A program made the position numbers and the translations under genes. The notes beneath the pieces are model-generated. The model was given only the letters and a program-made list of their open reading frames with translations. It was not told where the DNA came from and did not search any database. A stretch of DNA of 64,000 bases from Eledone cirrhosa (Eukaryota): assembly GCA_964016885.1 (NCBI GenBank), contig OZ024740.1, positions 305,164,001 through 305,228,000 on the forward strand, read 5' to 3'. Below, in pieces: positions 47,101 to 59,651 of this stretch (its first letter is position 1; each line of letters begins with the position of its first letter).

Positions 47101-49717
47101 CTGGCAATGAACGGAAAATAGCGAACATAATACGTCATCAATGTTTGTCATAATGTCGTAATGCAGACATACAGGCAGATATTATAGGGGCACGACAGAT
47201 ATCGATAACCGGCAACTAACACCCCTTTAACAACAGAAAATAGAAAAATAAATGCTGCAATAATATCTTTAGTCCGCAAGGAATATATAAATGCAAGTTT
47301 GAAGTCAATCGGAGTAGAAATGTGGATTTGTATAGACTTTTCAAAAATGAGGGGAGACATGCACATGCACGCGCGCGCGATGTAATAGTGGGGAAAACTC
47401 TGTTATGTAACTCATCCATCAATGATGTTGAATCCTGTGGTTGGTGCAGGAATGGAGTTAAATATTTATGATTAAAACAGGAGGCCAGACTAAGAATATT
47501 CGTTTAAAGTTTTATTGTTGCAAAAAACACTATATATATTTCAATGGCCTGGTTACGTAAGACCCTGGTGACATCATCAGGTGCAGATTGCATAATTAGT
47601 TAATTAATAAAGGAATTACAGAGAAAATATTTGATTCGGAGATGGCCTGCAAAATTGGTGTTAGCAGCAGATCATCTCTGCAGCCCATTCGAGACCTGAG
47701 AATAAGTAAAGAATTCCAAAGTAACAGAAAGCTTTGCAGTGTTTGGTTATGTCCATTTATATGGAGTGTGAAAATTTTCTTTACCTTACATTCCTCTGGG
47801 GATGATAAAATAAGTTCTCATGTACTAGATTTAATTCCTTCAACTTCACCATTCCAATAATTTTTATAACCTTGTTCCCTTTTAAAAAAATCATTTGATA
47901 CGGTGGAGATAATCTCTAAAACATGACTGTCTTTTTTATTTCTTTTACTTTCTTTTTTAAATAATGGAATTTGTTGCGATTTTCATCTATAATGCATATT
48001 TCCAGTTGCTATTTTCTAAAAACATGCCAATATTTCTTATAGAACTATAAAAATTAAGTTTTCTGAAGATTGTGAAATTTGGAAGTTGTGACGCAAAGAT
48101 AATACTGTATTATTGGAACAATAACAGATTCTGGGATTGCCTTAACAAAAGTCTTCAGTCTTACCCCATTGTTCACTACTTAGACATAAAATAATTGTTT
48201 TTGATTTAGGCACAAGGCCAACAATTTGGGGGGAGGGAAAAGTAGATTAAATTGACCCCAGTGCATTACTGGTACTTTATTTTATTGAACCTGTAAGGAT
48301 GAAAGGTAAAGCTAACCTCGGCAGGATTTGAACTCAGAATGTAAAGAGATGTAACTATACGCTACAAAGCATTTTTGTCCGACACTCTACCAATACTGCT
48401 GAATATGAAATAATTGTTTCTACTTTTGGCACAAGGCCAGCAATTACCCCAGTGCATTACTGGTGCTTTATTTTATCGACCCCGTAAGGATGAAAGGCAA
48501 AGTGAACCTCTGCGGGATTTGAACTCAGAACGTAAAGGGCCATAACTCTATGCTGCAAAGCATGGTGTCTGACACTCTACCGATACTGCCAAATAATAAT
48601 TGTTTCTACGTTAGGCACAAGGCCAGCAATTTATCAGTGCATTACTGGTACTTTATTTTATCGACCCTGTAAGGATGAAAGGCAAAGTCAACCTCAACAG
48701 GATTTGAACTCGGATACTGCCAAATAATAATAAAAGAGGCTTGGTAATTCAATGGTTAGTGTTGGCTTCAAGACACTAATTTCAAATGTAGAACACATAT
48801 TGGAGTTTGTTCTTACTCTGCTACTATTATTCCATCTCATCAGAATATTGGTGATACCACCCCCATCTCACACTAGATTTGGTAAAGTTTATTGATGGGC
48901 ATTGATCTGTTTTCTTGTCGATATTTGCAGATCCATCGAAACATTAGAAACACAGATGTAGAATGATTTAGAGGAAAATTGGTTCTGCTGCTATGATCTT
49001 ATAGAGTTAAGGAATGTCCAGTGTTGCAAAAATGAAATTTCAATATATCTGGTAGCTTTCTTCATTTTTATTTCCCTTGTTTAAAAAACAAGGGAAATAA
49101 AATATTGATAATTTGGAAGAAAACCAGATTTATTTCTTTAATCAGCCCAGTATATTACTGGTACTTATTTAATCAACCCCAAAAGGAGCCTTTATATAGT
49201 CATTTGACCTGCTAGAAATAACAACCCAGTCTCTTTCAAATCAAAACCTCACATGGTAGAACACTGAATAATGCACTCCTAGATGCTCCTAAAAAGACAG
49301 AATGGTCATAGTTTTTTAGTTTTTCTTTTTTTTAATGGGACTAAGCAGCAACAACAGCCCCAGTCCAGGTGGGAGGAAGAATGGCACATATCAAACTTTG
49401 TGGAATTTGAACTTGGAAAGCATTTAGTTATGAGCTTACCATTTCTACAGAGTGGGAAGTAAAAATATTGCAAACGATTGATATCATATGTAGAAGACAA
49501 CTTTACAAATATTTTTTTTAATTAGATATAACATGATATATTATCTATAACTGGATAAAAATTACTTTATCTTTAAGTCCTAATTTAGAGAGGACCAGCT
49601 TATGTTTATATTTAGATGGGTTTCTCTTTAAAATGTCTCATAATTCTTTTTTTTTTTTTTGTCCTTTCTCTCTCTAGGGTAATGAAAACTCACTGCCAAT
49701 GGAGCTTTGCTCCAACT
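33177..49717 (+). CDS. PPP3R1: Calcineurin subunit B (PP2B regulatory subunit), coding exons 1-2; rest presumably beyond the window
   Basis: ATG|GTgag at 33177-33179 joined to the 40-nt exon 49678-49717 gives MGNENSLPMELCSN(F), the calcineurin B N-terminus; long polypyrimidine tract before ctAG, GTaagt donor. Confidence 0.85.
33520..33850. repeat. Compound (TA)/(TG)/(TATG) microsatellite
   Basis: Direct inspection. Confidence 0.95.
36470..36848 (+). mobile_element. RTE 3'-UTR-type fragment with an expanded internal ~47-bp repeat
   Basis: About five AAAAGCACCCAGCCCACACTGTAAAGTGG units, then the GGAAGGGCATCCAG tail. Confidence 0.8.
39102..39318. mobile_element. piggyBac MITE (CCCTTTAGCATT type)
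   Basis: TTAA-CCCTTTAGCATTTA ... TAAATGCTAAAGGG-TTAA. Confidence 0.88.
44101..44275 (-). mobile_element. SINE family A copy
   Basis: Collinear with 278-468. Confidence 0.85.
44330..45848 (-). mobile_element. Decayed RTE LINE (RT C-half to 3' UTR)
   Basis: Collinear with 3400-5020 with deletions and stops. Confidence 0.85.
46212..47400 (-). mobile_element. Non-autonomous Helitron (5' end uncertain)
   Basis: Minus-strand 3' end CCTGTGCAACACCGGG hairpin ... CTAG then T at 46211. Confidence 0.6.
48190..48725 (-). mobile_element. Three head-to-tail SINE family A copies
   Basis: Units at about 48190-48400, 48409-48593, 48596-48723. Confidence 0.88.
49678..49717 (+). CDS. PPP3R1: Calcineurin B exon 2 (GNENSLPMELCSN)
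   Basis: Strong acceptor and donor; peptide close to invertebrate CanB MGNETSLPMDMCSNF. Confidence 0.9.
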
Positions 49718-50015
49718 GTAAGTATATATTTTTTTACTTATTCTCAATTTCATGCTCTTAAATATTAAGATATACCAATTCTCAAAACTTTCATGTTGGT
49801 GGAATAGTTACCATATCTCTTTGAAAAATTGAGATTTTCTTTCCTTTCCTTTTTTTTACCTGTCATAATGAGACTCTGTTGAAAATCAAACCTCTTAGTC
49901 ATATCAATGGTACAGTGATGTGTTCTTTGCAAATTGTCAGTCGTTTTTTTTTTAATGCCTTTCATCAACCAATGGAATAATGTTTAGATAGCATTGCTAT
50001 CAATTTATTGGTTAA

Positions 50016-50271
50016 TCCTTTTGATACTAAATTGCATGAAACCACCCATCGTTCTGCAATACAAAGCTGTTTATTTTAAAGTCTTTATATTTATCTAAAA
50101 ATCTTCAATCATCATTTTATGTTAGAACAATTGTTAAATTATGTTCCTAAGAGCAGCTTCTTAATGAGAAAGTTAGTTATATTACTAAAACTCTCCAAAT
50201 TCTTAATTATCATCAAAATGATTTGGAAATTATAGGCATTGCTTTTCATTAAAAATATGGTAATGAAAGGG
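50016..50271. mobile_element. piggyBac MITE related to the 22776-24859 element
   Basis: Right end AAATATGGTAATGAAAGGG-TTAA identical to 24841-24863; TTAA at 50012. Confidence 0.75.
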
Positions 50272-50333
50272 TTAAACAATGTGTGTTAATCTATTTATGT
50301 TATAAATTTTAAGAAAGGAAACTATATAATAAA

Positions 50334-51578
50334 CTAACAGCAGGACCCGGCGTTGCACGGGGTAGGAAATGTGAAATAACACGCAGATGGAGGTACATGG
50401 CTTAGTGGTTAGAGCATTGGCCTTGCAATCGAAAGGTTGTGAGTTCAATTCTCAGACCGGGTGATGTGTTGAGCAAGACACTTTATTTCACATTGCTCCA
50501 GTTTACTCAGCTGTAGAAATGAGATGATAGGGACTGGGATCCATATCATTCCACTGCAAAGTGGTCGTGGAGGTGCCACGGCAAAAAAGCACCCAGCACT
50601 CACTGTAAATGAGGTTGGTGTTAGGAAGGGCATCCAGCTGTAGAAATCGAGCCAGAATCAGTTCCCGCCCCACCCTTGCAAGCAGGGAAAAAGCGGACGT
50701 AAAATGAAATGATGATGATGATGATGCAAAGATTGAAGAATGTAGCTGTGTAATTTTTGAATTCCCTTATTCTCGGGGAATGATTGAGGAGCGACGTAGT
50801 CAATTGTGTAAAAACCAAGTAGGGATGTACGTTTAAGTAGGGATATTGAGATGACGATCAGCGTGGCTCATAGTGCAATTAGCACAAACGCTGGGTGGCA
50901 CTGGTTGCACTGCGTTTACACAGCAACAAAGGTGCGACAAAAGGGGTCACCGCGGAATTAGCACAACCGCTGTTCGGCGTACTTGCGCAGTGCATTCATA
51001 CTGCGGTGTAGGTGCAACAAAAGGGGTCTTAGTAGAAGTAGCACAGACGTGAGCTTTACGGTGTCAATAACACAGCAACGTACACAGGGCCCAGATTTGC
51101 GCGTGATGAAAGCATGAAGCATCAACAGGGCACTGACAAAAACTTTAAGGTCCTCCTCATTTCCTCAATCCCCCGAAAATGGTTCTGCTTAAAAGTAAGT
51201 CTTGTGTCCTCTGTTAAATAAACCAAATTTTGAACGAAATATACGGTACTTACGATGTTTAAATAGCATTTATATTGAAAATAAAAATGGCATGTAATGC
51301 CCAATGCTAATTTGTAAAGCAATGCGAGGGGACTAACTAATGCGTGCTGCAAATTTCGAGAAAATTGGCTGGATTATCTTTAAGTTACGCCTCAAAAGCC
51401 TCAAAAATGACTTTAAAATGCGGTTTTTCACCTAATGCGAAAAGTTAAAATGTTTAGCCCATTGCACTTCAAGAAATATAAGTAACGCATATGTAAAGTT
51501 TTTAAAAAATTGGTCAGGTACTTCTCGAGTTTTAGGGATTTACATAGACAGACATCCTCTGTTTTATATATATAGAGA
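50334..51578 (-). mobile_element. Non-autonomous Helitron with an inserted SINE
   Basis: 5' A|TCTCTATATATATAAAA at 51578; 3' CCCGTGCAACGCCGGG hairpin ... TTAG|T at 50334; A/T target, no TSD. Confidence 0.78.
50386..50725 (+). mobile_element. SINE family B copy nested in the Helitron
   Basis: Near-identical to 16315-16687. Confidence 0.9.
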
Positions 51579-52402
51579 TGTGATAAACAAAAATTTAGAA
51601 TTCTATTTTAGCAATTTTACTTTCAAATTATTCATTTTTTGTAACATTTGGAAGGGAGCTATTATTAATTCAATACAACCTCACTTATCAATATGCAGAA
51701 GAAAAAAACATTATTGGTAATATGACTGAAAATCTGTGGTATTTGAAACCTCATGAATTATTAATAGGTATTATAGAGTTTCAAGTATTAAAGTGTAATT
51801 CAAAAAATTGTTTGCTACTTGAGTTTTTATGGGTTAGACAGGTTGTCACATTCTGAGGTTAGATAGGTCAGGTGACTGATTTGGTCATATCTTCTATTCT
51901 GGCATCATTTCTACAGCTGGATTCTTTTCCTAATGCCAACCATATCACAAAGTGTATCAGATGCGTTTTATCGTGGCACAACCATTACCACCTGACCAGG
52001 TAGACTGGGTGCTTTTTATCATGACACAAACTACCATTTTTCAACACAAGTGTGCCTATTGTCTTCATCCAGGTTGAGGAGGCAGTGATATGAGTAGGTG
52101 TGGGGAGGTAGGCAACATGCTGCTTGCCATTTTAGGAAAAACCCTTTTTAAGGTAATCAACAAAAATAAGAAAACTTATTTGATAAAGAATTTGACAATG
52201 AAGAGATGACAGGGTTAAATGTATGTCTGACTACAAAATATTTACCTGGTAAACTAATTGTTAAAAGATAAATATTTTTAATATTGATGATGATGATAAT
52301 CTTTTAAATCCTTTTGCTGCTATCTCTTTGAGACTGCTTCTGTGTTTTTTTTTTTTTTTATTCAAAACTCTGTCATAATTTCATGTTAGTATCTTTCATT
52401 TT

Positions 52403-52670
52403 GGGCAGCGAATTGGCAGTCATTAGAATGTCGGATATAAGGATTTGCGATATTCGTTTTGATTCTCTGCGTTCAAATTCCACTGAGATCAATTTTACCT
52501 TTCATCCATTCAAGGTCGATAAAAAAGTACCAGTCAAGTACTGAGGTTGATTCTTCCTCTATATCTCTTTCTCACTTTCTTTCTATGTCTGTCTAAGCTC
52601 CTCTGAAAGAAATCTCTTGTATTCAGACCTGGAGAAGAGATGGGCTCCATTGGGTTTTAAAATGCCCTAG
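52403..52670 (+). mobile_element. SINE family A variant
   Basis: tRNA-like head, core CCTTTCATCCATTCAAGGTCGATAAAA. Confidence 0.75.
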
Positions 52671-55289
52671 AAATATCATGTTTTAATGCAGCACCCCTAC
52701 AACTCCCTCAGGAATTATAAGATCGCACCTTTCATGTTATTTTATTAAATGCAAAGAAAATGAAAGGTTAAACATATTATATTCTATTTCCTTGTAAGAT
52801 TCTTGCTTCTTACCCTACCAGGATGCCTAGTAACCTGTCATTTCAAATTGATATGAAACAAAATCACCCACTTTTAAAGGGTTCTTATTTAGATTAAAAT
52901 CTTCCAACATAATGTAATTTTATATAAGAACCATACATTAAGTTACTAGTGAAATAATAATTTTAGTAAATCCCTCAAAATACTTCATTGAAATAGTGTA
53001 TTTCATTAGAAATGCAGCCACAAAATATGTAAAGGTGAAAACAGTGGCAAGTTCAGCTCAAGTGTACAGTGATCAGCTCAGTAAGCATGTAAAAAGTAGG
53101 AACAGTTGCAACCTCAGCTCAAATCTAGTGATCAGGCCAGTAAACATGTTTGGCTAATCTCTCCACTTCCCTGGTTTTGTGACAGAACATCTTCATTGTC
53201 AGGAGATCAACATTGGCATCATCAGTGTAAGATTCATTGGAGTACAGCCTACATCACAACCTGTTTCAGTTGCAATAATGATCGCAGCAGATTCTTTAAT
53301 AAAGTGTGAAACTTTGTCCTTCATTTTGAAATATTAATTTCCCTTAAACTTGAAAGCTGATATGCTGTCTTATCCAGAGAAAGCATAAAAGAGTCATTGC
53401 TTTACATGTTGTCTCTCCTAAGCTTGAGGCAACGTGGTTGAGGAAGATCATTTTGGTTTCTTTTCCAGTTTTCAATGAAATCCAGATTTCTGCTTCTGGG
53501 TTTGCACTGATGTGGTGGAAATTACTCAGGAAGTATTATGAAACATAAGTCTCTGGTATGAAGCATCCCAGGGGATGAATATTGGAGGGCATGGCAAAGG
53601 TGTACCATAATACAAGTATCTGCTTCCTCGTGATTGCATGGTCCCATTGGAGTGCCATTTCCTGCATTGAGTTCTTGATCACCTGAAGTTACCCAGACAG
53701 ACTTATCATCTAGGAACTATACCTCCATAAGTTTTGTTAAAAGGTATGAAAACAACTCCTTCTTGTTATCTGCAATTGCCAAACTGTTATACCAGTTTTC
53801 TGGGACATTGGCACTACAAGACAGATACTGTTGTGTACCAGCTACTCATTTCTGCTTTGTGCCATCTTTGATTGTTAGTGTGTTGCTGATCTCGGACAAT
53901 ATCTACTCCTGCTGGCATTTTCAAATCCTGCTGGATTTGTGGGTAGAAAAACTTTATGAAATATTCATCAAAAGACTTTTGTTCTTGGCAAAGTATGAAT
54001 CAATATCTCACCATCAGAAATGAACTAATAATTGTCTAGTGCAACTAAATCCTCCTCTCCATTCAAGTTTCCATAATGCATGGCAACAAATGTGACAGAT
54101 CACAGGAATTAAGTCATCTAAAAAGAGAGAGAGCTAGAATATATGAAGATTCATGATGGAAAAATTACTCTAGATTTTCATTATGGTTATCCAGTACAAC
54201 AAATGCCTGCTTGTAGTTTTTGTTTTGTTTTTTAATGATATCATCTGTTGGCATTTCTGAACAAGGAAAAGCAACAGCTTGTTTTTCTTGATTAGCACTT
54301 TGAAGGGGATAACACTTTTGGTGAACATTTCTTTCTGGAAATTATTTTGTTCTCATTTCCTGGGTTCTAAAATATGGATATGGCTGTACTAGACTCATCA
54401 CTACACGCTTTATTGTCTTGTGTTACCAAGTCTGCATTGGTTTCTTCAAAGAGATTTTGCTATGCTCAGAATGGCATTAAACATGATGCTGGAAATGATG
54501 TTGAGTTGTAACATCTTTCATGATGAGAAAGCTCATTCATGATCACCATCATATATATTAGTGAAATATTTTACAGCATTGCTATAACACAGTAGGTTTT
54601 TCAGTGATACCAACCATTCCATCAGCTCTTTTCATATAATCCATTTAGTCTTTCTCTTTGGGTTGATTGGAGTCTTAGAGGGTGATTTTTAGGGTGTGGT
54701 CTTAATAATTTTTGTATATATTATATAGACTTTATTTTTTAACCCTTAAATAATCTGATCTTAAAGGATTTCTACTGATATCATAAACATACTACTTTCA
54801 GTACTTTATAAAGAACAAAACTAACTGAAAATACAATTGTAGATCTTCATTTAAAAGCAAATCCTCCCAAATCTGTTAAGATTGGAGGATCAACTTAATG
54901 TCAGTCATTTGAGTATTGTTACTTTCTTCAAAACCTCTCGTTCATGTGCCCCCTCCCCATCCCACATACCCTTTATTAGATTTGTCATTGTTCACTCAAG
55001 CTGGTTGTAATTGAAGTCCTTACCTTTATAAACTTTTCTATCAATTTGAAATGAAAATTAAATTTTGCCAAATTTGTCATTCCACTAGGCTTTATTTCTT
55101 ACACACTCAAAAATAGAGGTTATTTTCTTCATGCTTTTCTCAATTTGACTAGCATTTTCTGCTAAATTTTAATGTATCTTTTCTTGAAAATGATTGCCAG
55201 AAAGTCGAGCCACGCTATGTTAATACCACAGGCAAAATAGTTTTTATCATAGGGCAGTTGATACTTAAAAAGGCAAAACCATGTACCTA

Positions 55290-55520
55290 TTAATCTCTTT
55301 ACACGGGTGGCCATTGAGACCTCAGGCATCCTTGGACCCCGTGCAGCCAAACGCCTCGGTAAAATCAAAATATCAGCAGCCCGTCTGAGAAAGGGGACCC
55401 GCGAGGTGGGGTGGCTGTTGCAGTGGGTGTCAGTGGCCATTGTCTGCGGAAATGCCTTTCAGTTTTGTCCACAGGGCACAGCCGAAACACCTCCCTGACC
55501 TAGGTATAGAGCCTGATACC
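55290..55520 (+). mobile_element. 3' end of a CRE-like (restriction-like endonuclease) non-LTR element
   Basis: AIETSGILGPRA...REVGWLLQWVSVAIVCGNA resembles the ETxGxxG...QRxSVAxQRGNA C-terminus. Confidence 0.6.
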
Positions 55521-56167
55521 TTCTCCCTTCCCTCTCTCTTTCTTCCATGGCCTCTTTGCTCTTTCCTTCCTTTTCTTATTTATAGCATTTATAGTCATTT
55601 CCTTTACCTACCTATACAGCCTGATCTGCCCTTCTTTACTCCTTCATTCCTTTTTTCATTATTTATATAACTAATTATGAAAACTTAATAAATCTCTTAA
55701 TTGAATGTTAAGTGAAAACATAGTTTTGAGGACTCCTTTAACCATAGCTAATAATACCAGGTAACTAAAACTAAGTAGCAACATTTAAAAGAATTCTATG
55801 ACTATTAAAATAACAAATGAGCCAAGAGATAAAACTAAAGTGAAGACAAAAAAAAACAACTAGTTTGTTGATATTTTCAACCCCCTTTTAGACAAAAGGT
55901 TATCATGTACGCTTCCTAAATAATGACATTTGACAGAAACGAAGGTTATAGTTATCTGAGAATAGATGTAAAAGCCTAAGCCTTATGGAAAATTTTTATA
56001 GAGAATCTATAAAGTGAAGATGCTGAAATAGTATCCTAACAGTAACAACTCTTTCATGACTATGAAATACACTTTCAATTAATTAATAATTTTGAGGGAT
56101 TTACTAAAATTATTAACTATTTAAGTACTAAGATAATAACTTAATGTAAAGTTCTTAGATAAAATTA

Positions 56168-56460
56168 TAATAATAATAATAATAATGAAATTATTGTGTA
56201 AAGTGCTCAGGTGCACTACAACTCGTCAATATAGTACATAGAATAATACACAAATGCCAGGGAAGTAGATGTTTGTATGTGTTAGCTGTAGTGTTGACGG
56301 ATCTCGGGAAGCATGGAGGCCTTAAAGGATGCAGTGTCTCGACAGCTAACAACTGATGCAGGTAGTTTGTTCCATGCTTCAGCAACTCTGAGCGTGAAAA
56401 AATGTTTCCGAAAGTCATGGGAACTGTGCTGTTTTCTGACATAAGAAACATCACATTGCT
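56168..56460 (-). mobile_element. CR1/L2-like LINE 3' end with (TTA)n tail, inserted into a MITE
   Basis: FFTLRVAEAWNKLPASVVSCRDTASFK motif; flanks 56050-56167 and 56623-56723 reconstitute a piggyBac MITE. Confidence 0.75.
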
Positions 56461-56860
56461 ACGATGGATAGACTCTGGGAGATGGTCCAGCTAACAAACT
56501 GGTCCTTTCAGTGCCTGGACTGTATGCCTGCTTCTCCCATTGCTGCGGAACAACAACAAAGACCGAAGATCGTGTCTTCTACCATTGTTCCTGAACAACA
56601 ACAAAAACCGAGGATCGTGTCTTATGTTGGAAAATTTTCATTTAAATTGGAAACCTTTAAAATGGGTGATTTTATTTCATAGAACCAAGGTTGGTTTGGT
56701 CAGTTTGGTAACAAAAGGGTTAAAGCTTGATCAAAATAAATTGTAGTTTAGCTACAATACAATTCTGATTGAAGAAAGGCATTCTAGCCATGATCATCAT
56801 GTCTTTTTTCCAAGCTAGTATATATAGGAGTACATTATCAATATGTCCTTGCTTCTTTAA

Positions 56861-57081
56861 CCCTTTAGTTACCAACCCAGCCAAAACCAGCTCTGGTTCT
56901 ATGAAATAAAATCACCTATTTTAAAGGTTTCCAATTTAAATTAAAATCTTCCAACATAATTGTATATAAGAACCTTACATTAGGTTACTATCTTAGTAAT
57001 GAAATACATAAATAATTTTAGTAAATCCCACTAATTCATTGAAACAAAGTACATTTCATAAGAAATGTGGTCATGAAAGGG
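56861..57081. mobile_element. piggyBac MITE (CCCTTTAGTTACC / CATGAAAGGG type)
   Basis: TTAA on both sides; related copies at 59652-59849, 58430-58580, 61848-62070, 52860-53030, 18720-18806. Confidence 0.88.
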
Positions 57082-57920
57082 TTAAGACAGATGTGATTTG
57101 AGGAAGATTTAGCTTCTATTTCTAGCGGGTCAAGCAACCACATAGAGAATTCTATTTAAAACGTGTAATAGATAACCTATGAAAGCCAGCAACTTAGATC
57201 TAGAACTAGCGTTCAATTTTGGCAACAAGCTTTATAAATGATGATGGCAATAGGGATGAACATCTTTTCAACACTGAACCAAATATTAACCATAAATTTA
57301 ACTATATCTGTAAACCTACATCGTTGATAAAAATATTTTTCCATGAGCAGGTGTTGTTTACCATTACAGTCAATGGGTGGAGGGAACAACAGAAAAATAA
57401 CATTGAATGATAGTATGTATAAAGAACTGACTGAAAATCATGTCATAGTTGTCAGCCAGTTCTTTTCAGTTTTCTTTTCTTCATAGTTTTGATATGCAGC
57501 CTTTCTTTCCTGTTGGATAGATGTATACTCTAACACATTTCCATCTCGCCATTATTGTGTTATGTAGGTGCCAGCAGCAATTCTTCACAAATATACTACT
57601 GGTCATTTTGTTGTTAGCTTGTCATCTGGGCTGACCAAGCATCCTTCTTAGAACAATGCCGTTGCCATAGGTTACTCACAGAGTATTGGTCATAGGAAAA
57701 TGTTTATGGTAGACATCTGCTGGTATCAGAATGTTCTGTAATATATTGCACTGACTGAAGGACACTTCACTACAAAAAGGATTTCTTCAAATGTTAGTTT
57801 TGTAGTGGAGGATGGAAAGAGAGAAAGAAACAGTACATTATGGAATAATTTAAAAATGAATAATTTTTTTATTTTAATTAATCTGAGAACAGCAGTTTAA
57901 CATCAGTGATGATAATTCTT

Positions 57921-58099
57921 TGTGGATTGGCAGTATCAGTAGAGAGTCGGACACCATGCTTTGACGCATAGTTTCCATTCTGAGTTCAAACCCCCGCCGA
58001 GGTCAACTTTGCCTTTCATCCTTACAGGGTCGATAAAATAAAGTACCAGTAATGTACTGGCTAATTGCTGGCCTTGTGCCAAAAGTAGAAACAATTATT
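57921..58099 (+). mobile_element. SINE family A copy
   Basis: Reverse complement of 278-468. Confidence 0.85.
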
Positions 58100-59651
58100 T
58101 GTCACATACACATTGGTGGTGGTGGCGGTGGTGGTGGCTATGATATTAATACTTTTTCATATATTGTTCCTCAGAAAGAAATGTACATGGTACCCACATA
58201 CTCTCATGCTCTCCCATATCTTTAATAGCCATTCCCAATATCTCTTCAACTCATATAAAACAATTATACTCTCTTATGTAATATTTTCATAGAATAGAAA
58301 TATTTATATTGTCACTTTTGATTAACTCAACCCTCTTTCAGTGTCTGTCTGTTTTAAAAGAAACTACAGTTATCTCTGACCACACTCTATTTTAATTAAT
58401 TAATTAATTAATTAATTAATGAAGAATTTTGAGGGAATTACTAAAATCATTATTTCATTATTAAGATAACTTAATGTAAGATTTTTATATAAAATTATGT
58501 TGGAAGAATTTAATTTAAATTGGAAACCTTATTTCATAGAACCAGAACAGGATTTGGCTGGGTTGGTAAGTAAAGGGCTAGATATTTGTCCTCAATATTT
58601 TACATCTGCCTTCCACGCTGGCATGGGCTGGAAATGATGTCGCGGGTCTAAGAGACCTCATCTTGCTCATATGTTCTTCAAAATCAGTAAAATCAATGCC
58701 AGACTTGTTCTAGGGTCAATTAAACAACTATACAATTTTTACAGCCTTGTACCAATGTATGAAATAAATATTGATTTCTTATATTGCTACAAGGCTACAT
58801 CTTTATTGAAGTTTAAAGTCAACTGAATACTAATTATTTTATTGAGGTATGTGAATTAAAGTTCACTCCAAGCCTAACACATTGCCCTGTTTATCTCTAC
58901 CATGTGGGCTTCAGGTACTTTTGGCAGAGTTCATTTTGTTACAAGTGTTCAGGCCAGACACCCCTCTTGTCCCATCTCCCTCTGTCCAGATTTTTCCTAT
59001 AGATATTCAGGCTAAACATCATCCACAAATATCACTGGCCTTGCAAAGTTTATGGTCACTCTTTCTCCTATCTTGACTAATCTATAAAAGAAAAAGTGGA
59101 ACTAAATACTGTAATACATTTAGTCTGAAACTGAGTTTTGTGTGAAATTGAATTCAATATGTTGATTGCATAAATTGAAATGAAATGAATGATATTAACA
59201 TTCATTTTATAAAAGTAGACTTTCATCATCATTGTCGTTTGTCTATTTTCCACACTAGCATGGGTTAGACAGTTTGTCCCGTTTGAGGCAAGTTGGGTGA
59301 GGTGACTGTGTTTTGTTCATACAGAACTGTTTTTGGCTTAGTTTCTATGGCTAGATGCCCTTCCTAATGCCAACCACATTTACAGTGTGGACAGTGCTTT
59401 TTGTTGTGACACCTACACAACCACTTTACAGTGTGGACTGGGTGCTACTTATTAAGAGAAATTATAAACAAGACCAAAAATTGGAAACTGAGGAAACTAA
59501 CTGTATTTTTTGCTGACACAAAATATAAGTCAATTTGGGATAGAACCTTTCATTTGAAAGAAAAAAGGATTCTATTGTTTGAATAATCTTTGGCAGTTGT
59601 AAATCTGCAAAGCTCATATAAGAGTTTTTAATTGTTTATTTGATGTCTTAA

